64,000 nt of DNA from Camelus ferus (Eukaryota), in assembly GCF_009834535.1 (NCBI RefSeq), contig NC_045697.1, positions 38,938,001-39,002,000 on the forward strand, given 5' to 3'. Position numbers and translations under genes: made by a program. Below the pieces are notes generated by a model, which saw only the letters and a program-made list of their open reading frames with translations, was not told where the DNA came from and did not search any database. Below, in pieces: positions 46,679 through 58,854 of the stretch. How positions within the stretch are numbered: position 1 is the first letter of the stretch; every line of letters starts with the position of its first letter.

Positions 46679-49161
46679 TACTCACTGGCTTTAACATGAT
46701 GCTCCTTGTCTCTGTTGCAGAACATCAAGGGCATTAAGGGGTAGGGAGCTGGGGCCTGTAGATCCCAAAGTCACTAGACCTATGTTCTTCTTATAGGATT
46801 TGCTCTCTCAGTAATCCGTCCCTGTGAGTGAGCTGCATACATGCTGGTTTCTTTACCAGTGAACACATTAAATTAAACTAGTAACATTTATACCCATGCT
46901 AAAAAGGACATATTCAACAATTCTCCTCATCTAGGTCCTTATTATCATGAGGGGAGCGCTTTCCTTATTCTGTGGACAAGAATTCTTTCCTCATCTGTAA
47001 AGGGGAATGAATAACCTTTTCATACAGTTGTAGATTCAGTGGGTTATAGTGTATGTCCCCAGCATGTGAGTGCTGTGCTTACCAGAACAACAGAGACGTG
47101 AGAGTATTTCTGAGTAGCAGCTCCCTTTGTTACCCCAGGATTCTCAGACTTAATGGTTATGGTTCTGCAGTTTCTTCTGTGGGAGGAGGGTTGCCAGTTC
47201 TTTCATCTTCGCTTGAGACATTTACCTGCATGTGTGGGAGGGGTACTTTCCTGTAAATGCATCAGACACTGCATGATGCTAACGCGTGTTACATTCCTCC
47301 ATGCGCCCTATCGCAGCATCATCCCAGAGCTATGTGCCTTGTGAATCTTGAAAGGGGCGACTCTAGTACATGGTGTTTCTTATTTGTCCATGAAATCCAC
47401 TCCCTCCCTTTGCTTTTCAGTCATACCTAGGAACTTGAACAGTATCCCATGGAACACATTTTTCAAAACCCTGATCTCTTCCAGGTGATTCTATTAATTC
47501 AGGAGGATATTTTCCCCCAAATAACAGCAGACCAGTCTTTAGAACTTGCTCATGGAATTTTAAAACTTAATGAAGCAATTGCCTGTATGAAAGCAGAACA
47601 CAAAGCTCCGGAAAGATACAGTGAGATGATGGGATGAAATGAACCAGCAGAGCTCAGATGTCAGCACAAGCCCAGACGCAAAGCTCATGTGTTCACTGAC
47701 GTGCAGTACTAGCAGAGCACAGAAAGGATGATGCTAGCAGATGGAAACAGGGTAAGTTTCTCTTATGACCAGAGCATGATTGGAGGGGAAATTTGGGGCT
47801 CGATGAGCTCACCTCCAGAAATCCAAGATGGTATGTTGGTTTTTGGTCCATCTTTAGGGCTAACTCTGACTACAGCATTCAACAGATACGTATTCATAGG
47901 GCTCTAAGGTAAAAGCTAACTAGATTGTATCAAAGTCTCTCTTGGCTGTCAAATTGTTGCATGGAAAATTTAAGAGAATCATGCCAGGGAATGATTGCTA
48001 TGAGAAAATATTGTAGGAATTGTTAAACCCCTTTACACACACACAGAAACACACATGTACACCTGATGCACAGGTAGAAAGACAGATGGATGGACATTCA
48101 CACATATATCTTAAATAGACTGTAAAATAAATGCATAGGCCTCGGCCTTTCCCAGCAGAGGCTACAAATACTGCCACACTTCCCTCTCATTGCCAGATTA
48201 CTTTAGCGTAAGCCCTTATTTTGCTTGCCTTTAGGATATCTAGGTTTTTCTTTTCTTTTCTTTTCTTTTTTAACATGTTTTCCTCACCAAGAGTCACAGA
48301 AGTTCCTAGAAAATTCTTACCTCTTCTGAAATCCATCCTGGTTGTCCCGTGCCTCCTCAGCAGCGATCAGTCACCTCTGAGAGAGTGGGCTACCAGTTGT
48401 TCTTCCAAATCCTTTCCCTGGAGGTCCCTAAAATGTCATCCCGTTGGTTACAGTTGCTTTCCCTTACAGTGCTTCATCCCAACCAGGCACGGACCCCTCC
48501 TTCATTTCTGTAGAGCACCAGTGGAAACCAGGCTGTATGTTTAGCAAGATTTTCTAGAAGCTAGTGGTTAACAGAGAAAATTATAACGCAGGACTGGAAC
48601 TCTCCACAGGAGTCCCTTGTTGGGCACAGCTTTTGTTAAACCCTGACCTGCAATCATACAGTGAGGCTAATAAATGTCACTTTTCCCCTGAGAAGACCCA
48701 TGAGTGAATCCAAGAGTTCAGGCTCAAGTAGAGAATACAATTGCCTGTTCACGTCTGTGTAAAGCCCTCTTCCAGCAGCCTTGTCTTATGTTCTAGGACC
48801 TACCTTTCCCCAGAATGATTGACAGCAGAAATGTCCCGTTCTCCACCAACAAGGCTAATCTTGCCCAACTGGGCAGTTTCTCAAGAGGTCCCGGTAATTC
48901 AGTATTCTACAGGATCACAGTCTAGCACCAAGTCAGGCATAGCGCATTCAATCCAGTTTAGTTTTCACAAGCTCCTTTCATTCAAGAGAACAACTCTCTA
49001 ACTCTTTTCAGAGCCTTGTGTTTGAGCTCCTGTTTGCATAGCAATACACATGCATACCTGTACCAAAAATAAGAAATAAACTGTCTATACCTTACACATT
49101 ATTGTTCAGGGCAGTGTAGCTCCTTGGAGCCACACATATCAAATCCATCCATTCTAGAAGA

Positions 49162-49590
49162 TGTGGTAGCCAGTCGCTGAAGACAGCCCTCAAACAACCA
49201 CACCTCCTGGTATTAAGTCCTTGTGAAGGCCTCTCTGACACAAAATCTGGGCTGGACTCTTGGCTCACTTATCCAATCGAACATGGGAAAGTGACATTGT
49301 TTCAGATCTAGGCCTAAGGCTAAAGAAGGCAAGGCAACTTCTACTTTTGAAACTTTTGTGACCTTTGAGCCACCACGTAAGTCAGGCTACCCTACCAAAG
49401 AGACCACATAGGAGAGGTCACGTAGATAGAGATCCCTTTCTTTCAGTCACCTCTGCCAAGGCTGCAGACATATGAATGACTCCTTCTTGAAGGTTCCAGC
49501 CAGTGCCACTATCTGAACATTGCAGCTGGTTGATAGGCCCCAAACCACTATGTTTTCAGTGCATTGTTACGCAACTGTGGATCATTGAGA
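49162..49590 (+). mobile_element. MaLR solo LTR (MLT1F/G/H-like)
   Basis: tgtggtagccag...cacctcctggtatt...tctgggctgg...aagaaggcaaggcaacttc...gagccaccacgtaag. Confidence 0.75.
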
Positions 49591-50134
49591 GAGCGCCTGT
49601 TGTCATATAAGAAATTCACTAGAAAAAAGGGACAGTTTATCCCAAAGGCCAAATTAACTCATCTCTTATCTGCTTAAAGTTGTAAATTATTCATTGTTTC
49701 CCTTTTGATATTTCAAATCTGTTAGGAACTGTATATAAGGTTCAAGCTCAAAGTACCATCACTTTCTTAGCAGGGTAGTTCTCAGTGTAGCTTGTAGCCT
49801 TCACAGGACAGTTTAGGCCTGAAATTAGGGACAGGGAGATCTCTTTCCTCCTTCTATGCTTAACTCCAAAGGGCATGTCCTTCTCTTTTACACTGAGAGT
49901 TAAATTAAACAAAGCTACTTATGAAAGAGCACACATTGCATGAAAAGTTTTGCAAGTATAAAAAAGAAAGAAAAAACATACATTTGAAATTTGAAAATAT
50001 TAAGCTAGAAATATAGGGGTAGAATGAAAGGTAAATGTAGTAGAATGGAATATATTGTCCACTTAGATTTAAATTAAAATTTTGTTCTAATCTGACCTTA
50101 CAACATGGCATTTGTTATAAGGCAAGTCCATTTT

Positions 50135-50260
50135 ATAAATCATTTTTTATGGGGGGGGAATAATTAGGTTTTGATTAATTTTAATGGAGGTACCGGGGAT
50201 GGAACCCAGGACCTCGTGCGTGCTAAGCACACACTCTACCACTGAGCTATACCTTCCCCT
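50135..50260 (-). mobile_element. tRNA-Ala-derived SINE (Vic-1 type)
   Basis: Antisense taattaggttt...atggaggtaccggggatggaacccaggacctcgtgcgtgctaagcacacactctaccactgagctatacc; TSD aaggcaagtc(c/a)attt at 50119 and 50264. Confidence 0.93.
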
Positions 50261-51964
50261 GACAAGGCAAGTCAATTTGACCTGCTGCCTAAGGGAGTCA
50301 TTACTGAGGCAACAGTTACATGGTGTGGCCATCTTACCTAAAATATGTTCCTGCAACATAGGGCAAGAGGATAATATTTTACCTCCACTTACCCGAATAG
50401 CCAATTTCTAATTACCCAAAAGCGGTATCAAGGGTATAGTACCATGTGTTACTGACAGGTCACCTTCTGCCCGTGAGCTCCCTCTCCTCATCCCCAGGCC
50501 CATTATCTTAGTCCTCATAATGGCCTTCTCCTCCTGGGCCACAATCCACAAGGTCTGAAGGAAGATAATTTATGTCTATTCATTTCATCATCCATTCACT
50601 CAACAATATTCAGTGCGTACTTAGGGTAGGGCGGACACTCTTCAGAACACTCAAAACAGGGTAAAAACTCAATCCTAGCTGCCCTGTCACTGCTGCAACA
50701 GTTAGAGAACATTTCATAGTTTACAAAGTGTATTCAAACACATTATTTTCTCTGCTGTATTCATTTGGTTCAGCAAACACTTAAAACTCTCAAAGTGAGT
50801 CTAATTCTACTCACCCCTCTCTAGGTTGGTAGGATTTTTTTCTCCTAACTTCAGCACTACTTAATGAGGTTACCGTGGCCTTGAGTTATGCCAGACATAG
50901 AGAATGATAGTGACATCTCTGCACAGAGAGGCCTGATAGAAGTTTCTTATTGATAAGTGGTCATAAATGTAGGTGGTGATACCATTGCAGAATCAGTTTA
51001 TAAATAATACAATGCATTTGAAAACTAAGTGCCTCTTTGAATAACAGAAGTGATGCAAGCTGACGTAGAGAAATAAATGACCAGTGTGTTATGATAAGTG
51101 CTTTATAAATACCTCCTTGCATCATATTAAACTTGGGTGGAAAATGAGAGGTGGGGGAAGCTACACACACGTGTGTCTCTCGTTCCTGAATGCTTCTCAG
51201 GATTTTCCTCGCAAGGTGGTGAAACTGTTTTATACGCCATGCCTTAGGACAATGTCCAAATTTCTAGGTGGACCTGCTAAATAATTCAATAAGCTGAAGC
51301 AAATGATAATACTAAATATTTTATTAGTAGCAAGAAAAGCATTTTGAGCATGTGGCAACATTTTCTAAAAATAGGTCAGTTCTAGATAATTCAGAGTAAA
51401 AAAACAAAACTATTCAAAGAATAGAATAGATTTCTCATATTTAAAACATCGACATTAGCACTGTATTTGCTAAAATTTGGTTATCTATTTCAATATGGAA
51501 AAAATAATTTGAACACATTTGATATGAGTGGCTGAATGATAGTGGTCATTTGAAGCGTGTTACTCAGAGGCTATTTCTAGGGGTCAAGAAATTTAAGATC
51601 TGGTTTTGTTTTTCAGTCCAGAGTGGAGGTAACAAATGTTGAAAGCTATTAATTTTACAGATGATGGAAAAATAATGAGGAGGAAAAATAAGAATGCCCA
51701 GTTTCCCAATGACTTCAGAGAATCCTGTAGACATAGCTTCATTCATCTAAGAAAATAACCCTGCTAATTACTATATGCAATTATATTATTATATATAATA
51801 AGCTAATCTCATAGGGGTCTATTTTATAGAGAGAGAATTCAGACTTTGAGAGAAGAGTTGTGCAAAAGTAGAAAAACAAGAAAGAAACCTCTAGATCTTC
51901 TAACTCTTTATCTCAGACTAACCCTCCTTGTAATCAGAGATGCATTTTCTTCCTGGTCTAACTA

Positions 51965-53035
51965 GTTCACTGGATTTTGAGCTCCTCCATAGTGGGAATG
52001 TATCTTCTTTATCTCCCTGGTTTCCACATCACTGCTCATTCACTTCAGTTCTCTTTCTATCTCTCTCCTCACTTCTCAGTCTTTTGTAGGTTTCTCGTCT
52101 ACTAGGTACCTCCTACATCTTGCAACTGTTGGTCCTTTCTTGGCCCCTTCTATTTCTGATGCTATTCATTCCCTCTGGGTAGATTTTTCTTTCCCACATC
52201 TTCACTTCCGAACTATATGCAGATGAGTTTCAGCTTTGATCTCCAATCCAACCTCTCTGAACCTCCAGACCTGTGTGTCCAACTGTCTACTGAGTGTTTC
52301 CTGGAAATCAGCATCTCCAAAGCTGAGAGCCTCATCTTCCCCTGAAGACCCGCTCTTCTTCATTTTTCCTCATCTCAATGGATGTCACACTATCTACTCC
52401 AACTCTGAAACCAGAAAACTGGGAAATACCCAAGATTCCTGTTTCTCCCACAGCCCCTATATCCAAACAGTCAAGTCCTCTCCTTCAGTCCCTAGAAATA
52501 CTTCTCAAATTTACCTTTGCTTCTCTGTTCCTATTGTTGCTGCTTTTTTTTTTTTTTTAACAAGTTTTCAACTCTTCTCTCATGGACAAAACATAGTCTC
52601 GTTTACTGGTCTCCCTGACTTCAGACCCAGCCCCTGGTCCCATAGCCACTAACTATAGTGCCTCCAAAGCAGCTCTGTATGTTGATTCTCTGTTAACTTT
52701 CAATGGATTCCTATCCAGGACGATATAACGTGGTCCCTCTCTATCTAAACTGCCTTGTCTTACACCAGTTTCACTCTTTCATAAATCCTTCCTTGTTGTA
52801 TTTTATGCTTGAAGAATACCAAACTCCTTCTAACTCTCAGATATGCTAGGCTGCCTCCCTGCCTTTGCATGTTCTCTTCCCTCTGCCCTAACCTGATGTC
52901 TAGCCAGCAGTGCCAACAAGCCGTCCATGTCCAAGCATTCTGTCTTCTGTGAAAGCGTTCCCTGACTCTCAAAGGCAGATTTTGTCCTTCCTCCTACAAT
53001 TGCGCCAGATTCACTACTGTTACAGCATTGACAAC
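51965..53035 (+). mobile_element. L2 LINE fragments
   Basis: tatatgcagatgag...ctctctgaacctccagacctgtgtgtccaactgtctactg...cctctgcc...tctgtgaaagcgttccctgac. Confidence 0.75.
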
Positions 53036-53059
53036 ATAGATTTTAGACAGGAGCATACT

Positions 53060-53310
53060 TTTTTTTTCTTTTTTAAACATTTAAAAAAATTTATTTTTAC
53101 TTTTTATTGAAGTATCATTGGTTACCACGTGTCAGTTTCTGGTGTACAGCATAATGTTTCAGTCATACATGTACATACATAAAATTATTTTCATATTCTT
53201 TTTCATTATAGGTTACTACAAAATATTGAATGTAGTTGCCTGTGCTATACAGAAGAAATTTGGTTTTTCTCTATTTTATATATAGTAGTTAGTATTTTCA
53301 CATCTTGAAC
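53060..53310 (-). mobile_element. L1 3'UTR, 5'-truncated (camelid-type)
   Basis: tttttattgaagtat...ctggtgtacagcataatgtttcagtcatacat...tgtgctatacagaagaaatt; same type as 3270 and 30336. Confidence 0.9.
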
Positions 53311-53331
53311 CGGGAACATATTTTGATATAT

Positions 53332-54055
53332 TGAATTGGAAAAACTTAGTCTTTCCCTCCTGTATGTCTCCTTTACCACCCACAAAACATTTCACTTCTA
53401 GTCACCAAATGTATAATGGTTCTTTCCCACATCAAGCCATTCTCTGTGACACCAGGTAGGTATCCTACAATTTAGCTCAATTCTAACACAGCCTGGAGAT
53501 GGTGTCAGATCCCTCAGGTTAAGAGCTCAGTCCCACAGGACTGCTCCCACCCTACTTCAGATGCCAGTCACAGGTAGCAGGCCTCCAGGTTACACATAAG
53601 TTCTGCCTGATTTGCGTACAAATTGAAGGTTCCCATGACCCCCACTCAGGTTCAATGAATTTGCTAGAGCATCTCACAGAACTCAGGGAAACATTTACTT
53701 ACATTTAGTAGTTTATTAAAGGATGTGATGAAAGATACAGATGGACACAGGATGAAGAGCTACATAGGGTGAGGAGCTCTGAGAGGGTCCCAAGGGCGGG
53801 AGCTTCTGTCCCTGTGGAGTTGGGGTGTGTCACCCTCCCCGTATGAGGATGTGTTCACCAGCCTGGAAGCTTGTTGAACTCCATACTATTGGGGTTTTTT
53901 TTGGAGGCCTCCCCATGTAGGTATGATTGATCATTAACTCCATTTTTAGCCCTTCTTTCTCAAAAGAATGAGGGTGAGGCTGAAAATTCCTAGCTTCTAA
54001 TCATTTCTGGTGACCAGCCCTCCTCCAGGAGCCTTCCAGTATCCCACCAGAATTG
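53332..54055 (-). mobile_element. MER21-family LTR
   Basis: gtcagatccctcaggttaagagctcagtcccacaggactgc...aatttgctagagcatctcacagaactcagggaaaca...ggagcttctgtccctgtggagttgggg. Confidence 0.88.
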
Positions 54056-55124
54056 AGGCCAGGGGATTATACCTTTGCCTCCATGATGCAATTTTAGGGA
54101 CCCAAGCAGCTCCCTAAAAATCCTTCTCACTGCTCCTCCTGGGTGATGCCTGGTTTTCCATTGTCAGTGCTCCATTTCTTTAACCTAAGATTTTGATCCC
54201 TGCTAAAATGGAGGCATATTTGGAACAAAAAATATTTTGAGTTGCTGTCAGTGCTCAGGGTAATCAAAAGAGTTAAGGAACTTTTAAAATAAGAGGTGAT
54301 AAGGTGGAGAAGAAGAGAGAAACAGGTACCTGAAGATTGGGAAGGGGACTCCATGGGTAGAGAAAAAAGAACAGAAAAGCCTGGGGGAGCAGATTCCTTG
54401 TGGACTTCGCAGTTCTGCCTTGGACCTACTGTACCTGTACATAAATAGGATTTGGTTCTGGATCTGGGAAGGCAGAGACAAAAGAATGGAGACGCTTCCG
54501 CCACCAGTAGTCCCTTCCTCACGGTCGTCATTGGCACTATGGGAATTATCCTGGCTGGCTTGACAGCAGTTTTCTGTCTTGGACTGTTTGACGCTTGGCT
54601 AAGGAAGAAGAGAGCTGAGTTGGACTACAGTAGAAGTAAACCCTGGGGTGTGCGCCAACTCACCAAATTGCTTCCTGGGCTTGTGATGCAAAGAACTAGG
54701 TAATTATGAGACTGTAATGCATAGAAATTGGCTTGAAGAAATTAGGCACATATGCCCAACCTGCCAAGAGCAATGGGAAAAGATGGATTTGTTGAAGCCA
54801 GGTGGATTGTGTGGAGATAAGGATGAAAAGATGCTGCTGAATTAGATCTAATTATTGCAGGAAGTAGTTCTCAGTTCTCACAGCAAAGAATCAGTACCAA
54901 TATTCCAGAATTTCCTAAAACAAATTGACAGCCAGAGCAACCCATCATTCTCATTTCATCAGGTCTTCTCAAATGGGGTGAAGAAGATCTGTTTCTCTCC
55001 AAGTTCTTCTTAGCCTGTGCTTCTGTCCCAGTTATTGAACAAGTGACTGTACCGTGTAGTTTAGAAACAAATGAACAAGTATGCAGTCATTGATTATAAT
55101 TAAAGTGTCTTTCGAAACATTACT

Positions 55125-55503
55125 AAATTATACCACTAGCTTTCCTGGGTCTCCAGCTTGCAGACAGCAGCATATTTAATTCAGCCATATCTTCCCATCA
55201 GAAGACCCAAGCCTCCAAGTTGCTTGCCTCCACAGAAGATGAAATGAGATGTCCCAGCTCAATAGGTGATGCAGGAAAAACGGGGCGAGGGGTGAATTCC
55301 CCCTTCCTCTTTGTTTTGTCCTATTCAGACCCTCAGTGGATTGGGTGGTGCTCATCCACATTGGGGAGGGTGATCTACTTTATTGAGTCCACAATTTAGA
55401 TGCTAATCTCATCCAGAAACACGCTTATGGACACTCCCCCAAATTATATCCAATCTCTGCCAACTGTGGCCAGTCAAGTGGACACAGAAAATTAACCATC
55501 ACA
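55125..55503 (-). mobile_element. MLT2-family (ERVL) LTR, 5' part, with an adjacent inverted segment
   Basis: Ends cagtcaagtggacacagaaaattaaccatcaca (reverse complement of the MLT2 start); 55128-55172 reads as MLT2 in the opposite orientation. Confidence 0.8.
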
Positions 55504-56717
55504 ATCACAACCTTTAAATGTGTCATACACAGTGCATGTTTAATAACTGAGGATTTTTCTTTTTTTCTTTCAGTTTAGCACCTTGAAATGTTTAGCCTGT
55601 ATCCTCCTTCATGTGGGTTTACATAGTGACTTTTACAAAGTATTCATCAAAAATGTCTTCGTTATCTTTAAATTTGGATTTATAAATATTTTCATTTAAC
55701 AACAACATGCAGGGGAGATTTTTCAAGCAATGGTAAGTCACACACCTTAAGGAAGGAAGGCAGGAGGTGATATGTGAAGGGAAACATACTCCCCCCTCCT
55801 TGTAGTGCATGTTCACAAGTCGTCCATTTCTACTCCTTCCCTGCTCTTCCCTTGCTTCTAAAATTATCCCAAGATCAAGTAGCCAAGTTCCCTCTAGGGT
55901 GAAAACACATGTATAGTGAATGTCCCTGGTGGTCACTTTTTATGATTTCCGTTCCTAAGAAAGTGGACGCAGATGGGATGGAGCCGAGCCAGCCTCCCTT
56001 CTCCAGTCTTCCTGTTTCCTTGCCTCTGTCCCTGCACAGGCACCCCGAGACCAGGAAATCTGTTCCGGGGTCCCTTCTTCATTCCTACAGGTGCCAGAAG
56101 TAGCTCGATGTATACCCACAGCCATTTCCCCTTCCTCCCCACTAATTAACCTGTATTTTACTACAAAGTCAGTATGTTCAGTTCAGTGAGTGTGGTCAGT
56201 TACTTTTCCCAGCCTCTCGGGTGGATAGGAGTGGGTAGTTCTGGCTGACAAGATAGAAGCAGAAATTGTTGAGCAGGACATTTGCAAAGCTCCTCAAAAA
56301 GGGGAAAGGGCTCACCTGGCAGGCCCCTTGATACTTCCCCTCCCCTTTCTTGCTTATGTGTATTGAGCACAAACACACAGCGACACTCCATATATTACAA
56401 GGATGTATGTATATTCAACAGCACATCACCATCACATCTGAGTGGAATGCCTGCAGGGGGCAGGTAATGGAAATAGGTGGCTGGTGTGAATGGGGATAAC
56501 AAATTTACAAAACAGAAGGGCCTGGCACAGACTGTTGATGTGAATGCATTATGAGATAGGTGCTTGTTCACCTCACTCTGCACCTGCCGTCTTAGAAAAA
56601 AAAAGATTGGGGGTGAGGTGGGGAACAGAGAGGAGGAAGACAAAGGGAAAGCAGTACGAAATGTTGTTGTCAATAATCTGCAAGATGACACATGGATAAA
56701 ATTCATCTGGCCTCTAA

Positions 56718-57220
56718 AGAAGTTGTGATACATTTATATAATGGAATACTACTCAGCCATAAGAAAGAATAAAATAATGCCATTTGCAGCAGCATGGATG
56801 GACCTGGAGATTGTCATTCTAAGTGAAATAAGTCAGAAAGAAAAATATCGTATGATATCACTCATATGTGAAATTAAAAAAAAAAAAGACACAAATGAAC
56901 TTATTTACAAAACAGAAACAGATTCACAGACATAGAAAACAAACTTACGGTTACCAGGATGGGAAAGGGGGTGGGAAGGGATAAATTGACATTTTGGGAT
57001 TTGCAGATACTAACTACTGTATAAAAAATAGATAAACAACAAGTTTATACTGTATAGCACAGGGACTATATTCAATATCTTGTAGTAACCAATAATGACA
57101 AAGAATATGAAAACAAACATATGTATATATGGGTATGAAACATTATGCTGTATACCAGAAATTGTTCAACATTGTAAACTGATTATTCTTCAATAAAAAT
57201 TAGTTAATTAATTAATTAAT
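56718..57220 (+). mobile_element. L1 ORF2 C-terminus plus 3'UTR (camelid-type)
   Basis: MEYYSAIRKNKIMPFAAAWMDLEIVILSEISQKEKY; AATAAA and (TAAT)n tail; imperfect TSD att(c/a)atctggc(c/a)tc. Confidence 0.92.
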
Positions 57221-57284
57221 TAATCTGGCATCAACTGATCCAAGAAGCCATGACCACTTGCTAGGCTCAAATCTTCCCAGTTTT

Positions 57285-57886
57285 AAACTCTAATTTGAAG
57301 ATGACATGCACCCCTATGTTCATAGCAGCACTATTTACAATAGCCAAGACATGGAAGCAACCTAAACCTCCATTGACAGATGAATGGATAAAGAAGTTGT
57401 GGTATGTATATATATAATGGAATACTACTCAACCATAAAAAATAAAATAATGCCATTTGCAGCAACAGGGATGGACCTGGAGGTCGTCATTCTAAATGAA
57501 GTAAGTCAGACAGAGAAAGAAAAATACCATATGATATCACTTATATGTGGAATCTTAAAAAAAAATGACACAAATGAACTTATCTACAAAACAGAGACAG
57601 ACTCACAGACATAGAGAACAAACTTATGGTTACCAGTCAGGGAAAGGGCATGAGAAGGGATAAATTGGGAGTTTGCGATTTGTAGATACTAGCTACTATG
57701 TATAAAATAGGTAAACAACAAGTTTAAATTGTATAGCACAGGGAACTATATTCAATACCTTGTAATGGCCTATAATGAAAAAGAATATGAAAAGGAATAT
57801 ACATGTACATATATATATGACTCACTATGCCATACAACAGAAATTAATGCAACATTGTAAATTGACTATACTTCAATTTTAAAATA
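57285..57886 (+). mobile_element. L1 ORF2 C-terminus plus 3'UTR (camelid-type)
   Basis: MEYYSTIKNKIMPFAATGMDLEVVILNEVSQTEKEKYHMISLICGI; TSD aaatcttcccagt at 57269-57281 and 57887-57899. Confidence 0.92.
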
Positions 57887-58351
57887 AAATCTTCCCAGTC
57901 TTGCCAGAGTCTGACTTCACTCAGGGAGCTCTCAATCGTCCAGCAGTGCAGCCGCCAGCGCCCTGTGGATGACTAAGGCAAACTCTCAGCTTGCAGTACC
58001 TTTCCCTGCAGATGTGAACAAGAACCCCATGGTGCTCCTCCAGGAAGGATGCGGGCTACTGACCAGACCTCATATCTCAAATCCAAACACTGGATTCCCT
58101 TTCCAGATACTCTGTCCTGGGCTTGGGCCCCCACCCAGTTTCAGGGCCTGGTTCAGTCTTTACACAGCTGTCCCTTTTAGGACTCAGTAGACCTGACATC
58201 CTGTTTAGGTTCTGTCCTCCCTGGGGGCAGATGGCTGGCTGCCTTCTTCTCTGAGCAGAGGTTCATAAAATGGAATGTTAAGTGAAACCTCTGTGCTGTG
58301 AACGAGATATCTGATGGCAGAGCCTTGCAGTAGAAGCCCGCGGAGGAGGAC

Positions 58352-58620
58352 TGTGGCATGGTGACCCCAGAGGAGCCGGGCCTCCTGGGCTTCACACTCT
58401 GTGTAGTCCCCTCTCCCTGAATCTCCATGGCCCTGTGACCTGCTTTAACCAAAAGAATGAGGCAGAAGTGACACTGAGCCAGACTGGGGCCTGGAATGTA
58501 AGAAGGCCTGGAAGCTTCTGCTCCCACACTCTGCACTCCATGCTCTGGGGGCAGCCAGCCACCAAGGAGGAAGGTCAATTACCCTGAGACCATCAGGCTG
58601 TTTGAGGGAGCCCACAGGAG
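58352..58620 (+). mobile_element. MaLR LTR 5' part (MLT1F/G/H-like)
   Basis: tgtgtagtcccctctccctgaatc...ccctgtgacctgctttaaccaaaagaatgaggcagaagtgac...aagaaggcctggaagcttc...taccctgagaccatc. Confidence 0.8.
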
Positions 58621-58854
58621 GCTTTAGGGAGGTTTGTCACCCAGCACTGCGTAACCAAAATGAAGAGCTGCCGTATCCATTATATTTAGAATTTGAACAT
58701 AGAAAGCCTTTGGAAATCCTGTAGTAGAAAATAGAAAGGTTTAGGGGAAAGATAGTATTTCTTCACTCAAGGGAAAGAGAGTGGTCTTGTGACAAACGGT
58801 CTTCCGCCCTAAGCTTAAGAGAATGTGGCTACTGCAGAGCTTCGTGGGAACGCT

